DNA of 64,000 bases, from positions 24,146,934-24,210,933 of the forward strand of contig CM120645.1 of NCBI GenBank assembly GCA_051362555.1. The letters run 5' to 3'. A model generated the notes under the pieces. The model saw only the letters and a program-made list of their open reading frames with translations. It made no database searches and was not told the origin of the DNA. The position numbers and the translations under genes are program-made. The stretch comes from Lingula anatina (lineage: Eukaryota > Animalia > Brachiopoda). Shown here piece by piece: positions 1 through 13,367 of this stretch; the stretch's first letter is position 1; each line of letters opens with the position of its first letter.

Positions 1-147
1 TCTCAGGTATCAAATATTTCTGATATATACAAAATACAATGGTTTGACCAATTACATTGCCCATATAACTAGTGGTCGCCAAAACATTGAGCGTGTGCTC
101 ACAAACGTTATTGTTAATGAGTCCTCATATATTGACAACCATTGCAG

Positions 148-384
148 GTTAACAATGCAACCACCAGTGCATCAACGACTCCACTAGATGTTGGCAGCGG
201 TGTGGTGTTGTTTCGTGACCAGACTGGCTTTCCAAGGACTGTTGTATATGTGACTGATGTTGTGAAAGTTGAACTCACCACCCCTGTTGAGGGATTAAGG
301 CGTAAAGGACATAAAGCCATCATAACCGTTCTAGGTAAAATGGCAAACATACTTGTACACGTACTCATATATACAAACAAACAA

Positions 385-417
<33 letters not shown>

Positions 418-2730
418 AGGGAGTCAAAGATATTTAAACAAGGCAGAACCTCCAATGTCCTTGTCACTGAAAGGTGACTGGAAATGTTTTAGCTACCAAG
501 AACATGAGTTATTTTAAGACTAAAAACTGTTCAATATATTACACAATTGTGAGTTTTAAAGGCCATGGGGAAAATAAATTTTTAATTTACTATGTTTTTA
601 TAATCAATAAATAAAGTTTAATGAATGAATGAATGAATGAACGAGTGCTTTTATCTATTCAGTTAAATTCATATATGCTCTATTTTCATGGTGCTTACAC
701 CAGAACGGCATGAGGTAATAAATACAGGCAGATGATAATTGTTTGTGTCAGTGTTGTAAAATTATGTAAATATGCCGAAAGTTGTTCAATTATATTTAAA
801 ATGTTTTTCTTTACAACAGCCACATATGCTGGGAAACTGAATGGGCTGTGTGGAGATTTCGATGGTGATTCTGCTGACGATGAATCCCCCTGTTCTGGAG
901 GCCCTCCTGCAGATTGCTTTGTGGATGACGGAAGGTAAGTAATGTTTAGGAACACTGTATCCAACAAGGCCTTCCAGTTTCAGAAAACATTCACTAAGTG
1001 TGTGTCAGTCCAGGACCAGTTATATACCCCAGGCCACAATTAACAACTTGTCCATGAGCCGTCGGTGTATTGCTTCGTGTGAGGCCGAAGGTAGTTACAC
1101 TTGGTACTCAAATCTATGTGGACTCAGAATTTGGACCCCCCCCCCATGTCATTACATATTAATTGACTGTAACACTCACAAATTATTGGTTATGATTAAA
1201 TTAAGGATTGTATACTGTTATTGCTGTCCATGCATATTAGATAATAGCATACAATTAAATCACTTCCTGCATTTATATTTTTTCAGTACAAGTACATGTA
1301 TAAAATCAAATCTTTGCCACTTAACCCAACCAAATGCCCTCAAGTAGTTTCAAATAGTATAAATTAAAGAAATACCAAAAGGCATCGTCTCATTCTTCAG
1401 ATATTTTAATTCCGTTTGTGCCATATAAAACCCACAGCAGTTATGCATCATACATTACTACATGTTCAGGGCCGTAGCCTCCGGAGGGGCAGGGGGGGCA
1501 GCTGCCCCCCCCCCCCCCCTTGGAAATTGGGGTGCAAAAAAAATAATTGCAAAGGTAAAAAAATAACTGCAAAGTTGGTATCAATTCTGTGAGAAAAGGC
1601 ACTCATGGCCACTAGACAATCATTCAACAATCTGTTTACAAAGGTGTATTGTTTTTATCCAACTCAGTCCATTCCAAAAAGCTCACCCTCCCTGAGGGAG
1701 CTATCCCCCAGGCCAATTGGCGTGTTGTGTTGAAAAAATGACTGTACTTATGGCAAAATGAACCCACAATTTCTGACTCCTGATTGAGCAATAAATAACA
1801 GTTAAAATGCACCAGAATGCAGTATTATACATACAGTTTTTAAAAATTTTCCACACTTCGCTTCGCCCCCTCGTGTCCGCTTACTGTCCCCCCTGGCATT
1901 TTGCTCAGGCTACGGCCCTGATGTTGCGTCCTTTTAAGAAGGGGAGGGATGGATAATTATGTCACATTGACTTTTTTCTTAAGTATGTTTTTTTAGACAC
2001 ATTACTTGAACAACTATAGTGACTCTAGGGTTATTTAGTTATGTTTTGATTTAATTATGTTTTGAAAAATATTTTAGATATCATGCGCACCACCATAGTG
2101 ATAATACTTGCAAATTGGTTATAGAAATACATGTGTACCAATTAATTTTTATGTACAGACACAGATGTGTCTGTACATGCATAAAAACCTACTTCGTGCC
2201 ATGTCACCACAAACATTATGAAAAGAAAACTGTATTACTTATTATTTTTAACTTAAAAGGATGATTCTAAGGATTGGCATTCAGCTCAAATTAGAAAACC
2301 AGCTCTTTTGGATTATCATTTTTTATTGAATTTATGCAATTTTTTTGTGAAATTTTCCTTTTTCTCATTCTGGCATTTTCTAAGTGTAAACTTGAACTCT
2401 CATGGGCCTGAAGCCTTATGCTTTTAATTTCATCATTATTACCTGTTGTGCATAATCATAATTTGATGTTGACTTTGCACTTAAGCATAATGTTTATTGC
2501 ATCAGAATTGACAGTATCTTATTTTGTGCATTATTATTTTGTTTTTTGTCTGTACATTTGACAGCTTTGCTGCCTTGTTATATAGATTAAGACAAAATAC
2601 AATGCCAGAAATAAAATCCCTGTGTTGCTTATTTCTGACTATCTACAGTCTGTACTTTGAATGAATATTTTGAATCCAAATCTCCTTTAAGATTCAAGTT
2701 TTACTTTGTTCTTTTAGTTGCGGAGCCTAG
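148..2730 (+). CDS. NIDO-VWD secreted protein, copy A, last three coding exons (148-334, 820-934, 2718-2730)
   Basis: AG/GT boundaries with matching phases (1, then 2). Encodes the VWD C-terminal half ...ATYAGKLNGLCGDFDGDSADD...CFVDDGSCGA*. Paralogous to exons 7-9 of copy B. Confidence 0.88.
1467..1920. mobile_element. 454-bp non-autonomous DNA transposon (MITE), 13-bp TIR, 5-bp TSD (hAT5-like)
   Basis: Ends are CAGGGCCGTAGCC ... GGCTACGGCCCTG, flanked by ATGTT at 1462-1466 and 1921-1925. Absent at the paralogous site near 35800. Confidence 0.9.
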
Positions 2731-3419
2731 ACTAGTAACACCACTACCCAGCATATAAGGCAAGATTACAGTGGACAGGAGGATTACAGACAAGATCTTA
2801 GAAACTCTGCAAGTTCAGCATGCTTGATCAAATTGGGTTTAATCTTATTATGTTTTTAATCTGTTGGATCTACTGTCTTTAACCTATTAATATGGTTATT
2901 ATGCATTTTTGTCTTGAGATTTAATTAGTCAGTTTTTAAGGACACTGAATTGGACTTTTTATATTTTCACACCTAGAAATGACAGATGAAATTATTTTTA
3001 GCAAAATTTCTGGCAAAGTGCCAAATTTAAAGAAATTGTTATAGCTGGTAACTTAAATGATAACTGAAACTTTTAGATAATGTGCTGCTATATAGTATTA
3101 CCATTTTTATCATGCAAGTTATATGTACATTTACATACCATAAAGGCTTAAATGTAATAAGATTGGAAATATTTAACAAATTAATTTGGCTAACATGCAT
3201 TTTTCTTTAAATTGTTAATTTTCTTACCAAGTGATCATCATGTACATGTTTGAACCTAAAAGAAAAGTCAATCCTTTTATGTAATTCAAAGTTAACTTTT
3301 GCAAGGCCCCTTTGAAAACTAGTGATGATACTTTAGAATACTTAATGCATATACCACCACTGCAATGTCTTGGGTAGTTGACAGGTACAGAATTGCTGTT
3401 TACATTTCATGGGATTTAC

Positions 3420-3870
3420 TGTGTTTTTGGATATTTTATTGTAGTAGTTTGAGAAGATATTGTTAAAAATATCATGTTAATTGGGAGGCTTTTTTATCTT
3501 TAATTGTGTGTTATAGTGTGGTAATCTGGGAATATGTTAAACTATCATGTTCGTTAGGGGGTTCTTGTTTCTTAACTTTAATGTTTTGGTAGAATATTTC
3601 AAAATTGTAATCTGGGAGGATATTATTAATATTTAGATTTAAATTCGGGGGTTCTTGTTTCTTAACTTTCATGTTTTGGTAGAATATTTCAAAATTGTAA
3701 TCTGGGAAGATATTATTAATATTCAGAGATAATTGGGGGGTTCTTTTCATTTTAATTGGATGTTTTAGAATGTTTTAGTGCAGTAATCTGGGACATTGTT
3801 GTAAAATTTTTATGTCAATTGGGATTAATTTTGTTTGGGAATATTTTAGTGTTGTAATCTATGGCAATAT
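3420..3870. repeat. Degenerate ~90-bp tandem repeat in the putative 3' UTR (paralog ~36960-37410)
   Basis: GGGGGTTCTTGTTTCTTAACTTT...GTAATCTGGGA unit recurs at 3557, 3647 and ~3735, with weaker flanking copies. Confidence 0.75.
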
Positions 3871-4494
3871 TGTGAAAATATGGAAATAAAAACTGGTTAT
3901 GAAAGTTCTGCTTTTTTCTTTCATTCCACAATTTTGTTTTCATACTAAACTGTTTAGTTCCACTAAGTAAGAACATATGTTTAGGATAAAAGGACATGCA
4001 CTTTCTCTCTCTTCACTTGACATTGAAATTGCCCCATGGTTATTTTCATGCTAATTTCCCCTATTTTATGTTTTCCAATTCAGACTTTAAGACATTTAAA
4101 TTCCTTGAACATAATTTTATCTGAAGCATACCTAATTTTGTTCACAGCCAAGATGGTAGCCATGATATCATGTAAGAAAAAACATGTTTTATACGCAGTA
4201 CTAGGCCATGATTCAAAACACCGTAACATTATCACATGTTATGAAGTAAAAACAAGACCATGCTCCATATTCATGTATGTCTTGTGAATGCCAGCTAGGA
4301 AGGGGGAAATATTAATTGGATGTAAGGAATAATGAAATTTTGTCTATTTTTCTCTTGACCACCATTTGAAGACAATGAGTAATTTTTTGTTGAGTTGGAA
4401 CCAAAAAGGTTACAGCTTTCTTCCCAGTTATGGTAATGACTTGATCATTTGAATAGGGAAAATTATCAATTTTTAGGTACATAATTTTGGAATC

Positions 4495-4500
4495 AATAAA
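4495..4500 (+). terminator. Candidate polyadenylation signal of gene A (paralog 38034-38039 for gene B)
   Basis: AATAAA followed by a T/GT-rich tract, ending ~1.8 kb of T-rich sequence after the stop codon. Other AATAAA sites exist, so this is tentative. Confidence 0.35.
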
Positions 4501-6262
4501 AATACAATTCTATGTAGCAATTTTGTGCTTTTTAATGTATAGTGTACAGATAAGCTAAGTCAAGGAAAGGCATATACTGAGTATATGTATCTTTTTCACT
4601 GGATCTTGGTTTTATTTCATGCAGAAATTCACAAGACGCGTAAAAACTAAAAAGAAAAGCCAAAATGACAAAAATGCACTCACTTCCCATGATTTACCAT
4701 GCTGAAATTTACTTATACAAAATCTAATAAATTTTTTAAATCAATGATCAGTATTAAAAACTTTTTCTGTCATTCCTTAAACTATAAATTCTAAGTAACA
4801 AAACTGAAAATAACTGATTAAGGAGAAAGAATATACTACGTGTTCCTCCCACGGAGACAGTGTGTTGAATGAAATAAAAAGTCTACTAAGCTAATGGGAG
4901 TAGCCCTAAACCTAAAACCCAGATGTGCTAGATCACCCGGCTCCTCAAGCACAATACAAGATAAAATTGCTCATAGAGCAATACACCTTGCAAATGTTGG
5001 AAATTTTTTAAAATTTCAATTTACTTTTAATTTTTATTCATTTTTGAACCTAGTAATATTCAGAACTAATTACAAATTAAACAAGAAAATGCAATTTGTA
5101 CTGGCAGCATATTTATTCTATCTAAATCTAACTTTATTATACACTGCATTATAATTGCATAAATGATTGCCATATTTTTTAGTTTATTTCATAAGTAGAT
5201 ATCTGATAATAATGTAACTATCTTTTCATATAAATAAATAAAACAATGTTAACATATGCTTAAATATGAAACAAAAACAAATAGAAACAAAATAAAGCAA
5301 AAAAAAAGTAAGTAAAGTGAGTAAACCGCCCTTTTCCAGCTGCACTTTAACACTTAATAACTGTAAATTGAACGTCCCAATGGCCTAAATGAAGCAACTG
5401 GATGACATATGTTGCATACATATGCCCCCCTTTAACACCTACCTCGTCTCAAAAAATTATTTCCACGTCAAAAACGTCCAACTTGCGTGTTTCATCGGCT
5501 AGGAAATGGCTGTCGTTCAACGGCCTCTTCTGTTTTAACCATGCATGTTACGGGCACAAAAGACATATAACGGGGCAGCCTACCCGCACAACCATATACT
5601 GCCTTCCTGGGCCGAATTTTGCCAAACGAGCAATAGACTTGCAAAATTCTTTTGCAAGTAATAAGCAATATAAACCTCACACACTCTACAGAATACAATT
5701 TTTAGGTAAAATGTTTTTCAGTTGTGTTGCTACACCTCAAGAGAAGTGTTCTAATTTTAAGAATTTATTACTTAAAAATACAGTATTTGTAAACTTCACA
5801 ATATCCCCGTTGAAATGACCGTATTGCAGTAACATAATATGTGTGCAGACTTCCATGTACAAAATGTGTATCTTTGCATACAAAGAGGCATGACTTTGGT
5901 AAAACTGGAAAGAATATTTTTCTTTATTCAATGTGAAATAAGAAATAATATAAATAACTACATATCATTCTTAAGACTTCTGTGTTCAAGCAATTTATTT
6001 GATCAAGCTTGTTCCTAACAATATATTATATGTATATATATCAGTGGCTTTGGCAGGGACGGTACTGGTATGTGTTCTCAGAAAAAAAAATTGACATCAC
6101 CCAAAATACATTCGTGAAGATGCAAAAGCTGCTAAACAGTACATTCGTGGCATCTTCGATGGGCCCCGACATTTGGTCCTCTGTTGGAGCTCTCAGATAT
6201 TGAATACTAACTTTTTTCAACTCCCTCTCACATAAGGTAGACAAAATTTAATGTGGTTTTAT

Positions 6263-7517
6263 ATAATAATAATAATAATAATAATCTTTATTGAGCAACT
6301 AAAATGTGTACATGTTACATTTTACAGGCTCTCTACACTAGTCATAACATCTTAATAACAATTATACAAATCTATACAAATACTTATGGAATAATTACTG
6401 GGATGCAGCACAGAATAAAACGATTATTGCTATTGATGGGTGTGTCGTTTTTTTAAACTGTCAGTTATAAATCGATGTAATGTTCTCAAGCACGATTCAC
6501 TTTTTGGACTGAGCAGCCACTGAATTTTTTCATGATCTGTTTTCTGCTCAGGAGGTATCATTAGTCCACTTCTTCTGTCACTATGTTCTTCACATTTCAG
6601 TAGGAAGTGGATTTCCGTTTCAATTTCATTACAGTGGGGGCACTTGCGATTTTCAATAGGGGTTTTAGGGGACGTATAGCGGCCACGTTCAATTTCTAAT
6701 TCGTAGTCACTAATCCGCATTTTTGCAATAGTCTTCATTTCTGATTGTGTGACTTTCATTAACAGATATTTTTCAGGGGTGTAAGTTTTTTTAAGTAATC
6801 TGTCCTAAGTTTACTGTAGTTATCACTTTCCAGGTCTTGCCAAAATAGTTCCTCAATTTTATTGTTGATAGAATCTCTTAGGTTTTCAAAGTTATCTAGT
6901 GTTTGTGTATTAGTTTTATGACCCAGACCCCAACACTTTATAAATGTTCTTATTGATTCAGACCAACAGGGTCCTTTTGCTTTTTGCTCCTGTTCATAAA
7001 TGTTTTTGACCAATCTGTTGGAAGGTAGCTCTTTTAGTCTGGCGTTGTATCTCTGTGTCTGTTTTGCAACATCAGAATAGAGTGGAATTCTCCCAAATTC
7101 AGCTCTACAGGCATTGTTCATAGCATTTTTTGTACACCTAGTGCCCATTTGCACATTTTAGATGTAGTTGTTCAAAAGGAAATTTATTTAATTTTGAAAG
7201 TGACATTTATTTTTCCTTGAATATTTCTTCAGACCCAACTTCACACCCGTACAGTAAGATGGGCTTGATGATTTTGTCAAAAAGTTTTAAGTTGAGTGGG
7301 GGAGATGTTATCTTGTTTGAGGACAGGGCTGCTTTAAGAGCAAAGGTTGCTTTTAGAGCTTTTTTCTTTAAATTTTCAATTGCTTTTAGAGTGGGACTAA
7401 GATTGTCCCCTTGGCGAATTCCTAGTCTTGATAGAAATGGGGTAGTGTAACCTACACCTACCGAGATGCCTAATCTGGTGTTACTATACATGCTTTTTAT
7501 GACACGGTAGAATTTAT
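6263..7517 (-). mobile_element. 5'-truncated, internally deleted non-LTR retrotransposon (RTEX-like)
   Basis: Fragments GIRQGDNLSPTL (RT), LFDKIIKPILLYGCEV, ACRAEFGRIPL and KMRISDYELEIERGRY...CPHCNEIETEIHFLLKC (C-terminal Zn finger). AATAAA plus (TTA)n tail at 6263-6292. Confidence 0.85.
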
Positions 7518-8467
7518 GTAGACCAGCTTACAAAATTAAACATGTGCTTTTTTAATGAGAACGCATATGTCTGTAATTTGTAGACACTGAATATTCCCTA
7601 AAGCCTTCCCAAGTCTTTCATTTTTCGGGTCAATTAGACGTATGATTGCCACCACATACCAGGGGTACATCCCAGAGAGATGTATCCCTGGCACATCTCT
7701 CTCATGGCAGCGCTCCAGCACTGCCATGTAAGTTTTGATCTCGTGACGTACACGTCGAAATCTCCACCTGTGTCAAACATCTGCGCATGTGCACCAGCTG
7801 CGTTTTTATAAGTGCTTGAACAAGACTATTTAATTTTATTTTAAATCTGGCTTTGTATCAAAAAGAAACAGTTGTGCGATCCTCGATACTGTATATTTTT
7901 ATACAGATATGCATAATTCCATCTAATTTGTTTGAATCATAACACTTATATATTCACTGGCAAGAAATGAACATAAATTCTGGCTTGCTACGCGCCGTAG
8001 TATGGTCAATATAACACGGTAAAGGGGGGCAATTTTAATTTAGCGGGTTCAGTGATTATAAATGGCATTGGGAAATTGTCTTGCTATGTCTCAATATTGT
8101 TTTTGGGGACCGAAAGGAGCAGAAAGAGGGGGGGCAGCAAGATTAGAGGACAACTGCGGGATTTACCCGCCATGGATTTGCCCGGGGAAATTGAAGTTAA
8201 ACGAGACTTAGCTATAGGCCTACCTTTAAGTTGAAGTTTGATGGAGATTCTATCGACTACCAGTCAGGAACGAAGGAATCAGAATCAGAAGTTTATTGAC
8301 AATCGCCCTATATCCGGGCATGATAAAACACAAATACAAGAAGTAATCCGCAGAGTGATTACCGAAACGATTAGATATACATATTATAATCTCTAAACTA
8401 ATGCAGGGAAAGTAGGCCTACAAGTAACCTACTACACAATCCAGGTCAATAGGCCTATATAGGCATC

Positions 8468-8472
8468 ACCAC

Positions 8473-8507
<35 letters not shown>

Positions 8508-8538
8508 CAAAAATAATAATAATAATAATAATAATAAT
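8468..8538. repeat. Compound microsatellite (CA)n-(AAT)n (paralog ~42010-42080)
   Basis: Read directly from the sequence. Confidence 0.9.
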
Positions 8539-10567
8539 TCAACTAGAATAGGCTACACTAAACCTTAAATTAAACTATTATTTTAGGGGGATATTAGAAC
8601 TGCATCGTCAGTTTATCTAGGTTTTATTCAGCATAGATGCAATTTTCATATCCCTAGCTTTAAAACAATCATCAAGAAAGGAATAACATGAGATGGGGAA
8701 GCCCACCCGTTGATCAGTGGTAAGCTAGTGTAGACGTACTTTTCATATATTGCAATTGTAATCATTGTTTCTTTGATTCATGATGGGGGATAACAAAACA
8801 GAGGATAAGATTAACAGTAAAACTTCATTAAATCAGGAAAGTATACTTCATTTTGTGATAGCACTCAATGATGACATGGCTTCAATGACATCCGCTATTG
8901 CAAGCTTGGGTCATACTTTCAAAACATTTACCTATACCTTTATGCTTGGATTTGGATTTGATAGTTTAAAATAACTGGTCAGCCATTATAACTAGGGACT
9001 AAGATAAGATGAAATACAAACATCAGGTACGCTACATAAAAAAAAATTATAATAATAAGGTGTAGGGTATGTAGGATTTCATAAGAAGCGGTGGATTGCA
9101 AAAATGAACATTTACAGGATTTTCAAATCCATGTACATGTGCCTGTAGTGTACCTTTAATCAAAAGGCACATACACTTCCGATATCAATAAAGTTAATGA
9201 AGCCATTCCCACATTTAAAGTTAGTCCCTGTCTTTTTTCCCTAAAAAGTCTGGTTTTCCGTAATACTGGTATTCTCTTAAGAGATTATTACAGTGTAGTG
9301 TAGCCACCTATGGAGGTCACGCGATATGATGGCAAGCACAGATTTTAGAATAATTGCGTTAATCACCGTTTTTGGTGGTAAAGTGGAACCTATTATATTT
9401 CTCTGAGCTGTTCACAATGCATTTATTATGAAATATTGATAACTTACGGACAGTTTTCATCCCTTTAAGGCTACCATGGATACTGCGTAAACCTGCTGAT
9501 AAATGTTGAAACGCAAACAATTAAAGTCTTTAACTAACTATCAGACAATTCCGCCGGACCACTCAGTGTTGCCAGGCGTCAAATAAGTTTCTTCAATACT
9601 GTAAAGCTTTGCCGTCGGGTTAATGCCTTCTTCGTTACACTTATATTCTATTAACAAGTTTGAGGCAGATCAATATTATTGCCTTCTTTTGCACAGGTTT
9701 ACCCACAACCCCTGCACAAAAGAAGGTTAAGGTCAGATATCACTAAATGAAGCTGAACTATGATAGGTCGAATGTTGAAATGCACATATGTAAATTCCCT
9801 ATATGACTGTGGCGCATGTTATTTACACGTGATACATCCATGGGGCTTCAGGGTTCAAACTGATACTCAGAGGACATCAGGTGTCATAACTTCACTGTAA
9901 TTAAGGGGTTCAGAGATGGTGAAATTACACGAGAAAATTGTTTGATTGTGTTTGTTATACTATTTTGGGGATGGAAGTGGGCAGAAATGAACACTTCTGT
10001 ACTTAGAAGCTAAAGAAGGTTTATGTACCACCCTTCCCTCGCATTTCTCTTTGCACTTTAAAACTAAGTTTTCAAAAATTGTGCCATTAAAACACGCGCT
10101 AGATTAATCACAGAATGAATACAGATCCGAAATAAAATTAAAACACGAAAGATATCTGCCACATGGAGGACAGCTTTCATGTTCGTCCTCACATAAGCTG
10201 TGCTTGCCACTGATATTCACCGATATTATACGTAAACCTGGCGGTCGATTTAATTGATAATTCGGTAATTAAGTTCAGTCCCATAACTCAGGGCTGCCAA
10301 GTGTCACATATCGTCTTCAATAATTAAACATCCTACCATTATGTCAAAAATTTCTTCCAAAGGCTTATATAATATTAACATGTTTGCGGTATATTTTCAA
10401 AAGCTGGGTCTACACACGAATCCCTAAATGAAAAAAGCATAGAAATAATAATGGCTGGGATAATTTTCCTACGGTATGCTGAAAGAAAGCATAAGACCGA
10501 GAACAGTAGAATCACCGAAATTAGTTCTTCATGTATAAGAAGTGTTAATGGGACATCAGACTTTGGA

Positions 10568-10594
10568 ATATATATATATATATATATATATATA
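10568..10594. repeat. (TA)n microsatellite, longer in unit 2 (44113-44181)
   Basis: ~27 bp here versus ~69 bp in the paralog. Confidence 0.9.
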
Positions 10595-13367
10595 GAAGCA
10601 TTATTGCTTAAAAGATTATTGAAAAATACTATCACTGTTAGTATTACTTACAGAAAGCATATATGACCAGTAAGAAGAGAAACAACGACATAGATCGAAA
10701 TACAATGAAAAAATTAGGGTCATCAAAGAGGTTTACCTAAAACGAGGACCCAGGTAGTTAAAATCTGTATTTGATGGTCTTGCAGGGTCATCATATCCAA
10801 CCTGATGATTACCCTTGGTAGTCATTTGATTACTTGGGTTGTCAAATTACATGTAGGTTGATGCATTCATGTAGTTTGGGAGGAGATGAGTACTGCTTGC
10901 AACCTTCATTTACCATTGGCCTGCGTACAATTAGTGAGAGTGAGAGTGTTGCATTAAGTATTGTGTAATGTTACCCAATAATTCAATGTAATTCTAGTGG
11001 CACAGGAAAGCTGAAACAAGATTTAGCATGAATTCCTAAGTGTCTGAAACCAAATGTTCCTGTAAAAACTGCAACGCTCCAAAACTGAACCACAACAAAC
11101 ACTGCTGCAAAGTGGCGTCCGCCTGTCGTGCGGTACGTACTTCACCGAATAACCCACTTAGCAAGAGAGCAGTGATCCAACATTTGTCCAACGCATGGTT
11201 GGTTGTACGACCAATGATGGCCCAACGTATGGTTGCTTATAGACACAACGTTGTAAAGTATGAAATGGTCAACCATAAAACTTTTTACGAAGATAAATTT
11301 TAAGAACTTTTTTAAAACCTCGTCTACTGAGCTTAAATTTCTTAGTCCTGATGGTAACTGATTCTGTTCAAGCGGGGCGTATATTCAGTACTTCTGCTAT
11401 CAGTACTATTTCTGTTTCAACTACTACATCTACTACTACTACTATTACTACTACTAATTATGATAAAAAATAATAAGCACACACCACTAGTTAAATTTCA
11501 ATAGTTTCAGCATGGCTGTCTTTGACGGAAACTGCAATTACCCGTCTTCTGCTTAAACTTAATTATAAATTTTTAATCTGTTGAGCTTTGCCTCACGTCA
11601 ATCAAACGTCAAATTGTCTTTAAAAATGTAACATGACGTGTGCAAAACGTTCATCTGAAGCATTATAAAGGCACCGTCAATCAAATCATTTTAACAAAAA
11701 GGCTGGGGATATTTCAGTTTTTCGAGAAGTCCAGTTCCTACCAATAAATACTGCTGCCTTCAACTTGTGCGGACCAAAGTTGTAAGTACAGTATTTAACT
11801 AAGTAATTCAATAGTGCGCTTGTCGAGAAGTTATGTATTATTTCTTCCCGAGGCTTAACTTAAAAATAATATCAAATCCAATGCTCTGTACGAACCAACC
11901 CATAAGTTACATGGGCAGAGGATGCATTTTGATTCTTGTTTTCCACAGTTATTGTGGTTTCTTAAATGATATTTGAAGCTGATGGGTGCATGGGTAGGTT
12001 TCTGAACATTAGGTTGCATCCAAAGAATGTTTGTAACTGCCATATAAAGCCGGTATACGTACCGAGCTTACTAGAAATATCATGATAAAAACTTCAAGTA
12101 TAATCTGTGTTTACAAGTAGGCCTACTATTGACATCGGTATACTGAGTGGCTTTACTGATTATTTTATATTTATCGTTTTCATCCGAGAATTTACGGGCA
12201 GGTCACTGCGTTTTATAATATAATTTTAGTGTCCTACTGATATCATTTCTTTGATTAAATTCATCAATGAAGAAAAAAATCCATGGCTTATTCTAAGTCA
12301 TAAAACAACCATTAGAAACGATATATGGATGTCCGTATTATCCAAATTATCTACTGTTAAAGAGGTACACTGTTAAAGAGGACAATCATATAAGTTATCT
12401 ATTCACAGCAGCGGTAAGCTGTGTATCTGGCCTCATCTTGCTGCCACCAGGACTCTCTAAAGGCAAAGCATTCTTTCTGACAGGTTTCTCAGAGTTCAGT
12501 TTGAAATAACTATCCAGGCACAGGTATTAGGTTGTCTGAATTGGCGCAGATTTGTTAAAGGACCAGTAGAACGGTTTTTCGATTAGTTAATTAATTACTA
12601 CCAACATGTTGTCTACAGGTTCAAAGCCACGTTAGCTGCCCAGTCCCATGGTTCTGAAAGTTAACTGCGAATACAAGTACGCTTTGTGGAAGGACGTCTC
12701 AATCTTGTAAAATAAAAAATTTGTCTTCTGTCAACTGGGAGGCAGGCGCTTTTCAGAGTAAATTTACATTAGGTTCAGGTTTTCATGGATGACTACCAAT
12801 TGGGAATTCCGGCCCATAGCGGGTATAGATGCTCCCACTGCCCCCAGTCCGTCTATGCGTTAAATAGGTGAGGCAGGTAATTTCGACTCCCTCCTAGATG
12901 ATGGTTACATTATTTACTGTCTTACACTAGCAAATGAACAGACTTTATGGTAAAAGATGTCAGACGTTCGGTGTGACAAGTGTAAAAATTCTGTCAGACT
13001 GAAACAAAATCCGTAAAACCAAAACAAAATTATAGAAATTATTTGATGTTTAAATAATTTCAGGTGTAATTATCACCGTTCTCAATCATAGACAATCATT
13101 GTTCAACTGTGTTCCATTTATTTCATAATTTTGCAACATTTTTAGACACAAAAAGATATATTTTAATTAAAAGACTAAACATATGTTTTACTTATGATAT
13201 ACACGGCTAGATTATATTTATTATCCATTAAGTGTCTTTACCATGTTCATTTTGTAAAAATTTGGTGCCGTATCGTTAAAAGTCTTTGCCTCCCTGGAAA
13301 TGTGATGGTGCTTTGTAAGTTGACATCCCATGTAATCTTTCCTAACAAATACCTGTACAGGTATATA

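Noticed and set aside
8276-8900. Minus-strand LINE 3' end suggested by (GAATCA)n plus TTTATT
   Set aside because: No recognisable ORF remnant was found in the part translated.
12553-12580. Kolobok-like TTAAAGG end (similar single ends near 5340 and 9150)
   Set aside because: No matching partner TIRs were found.
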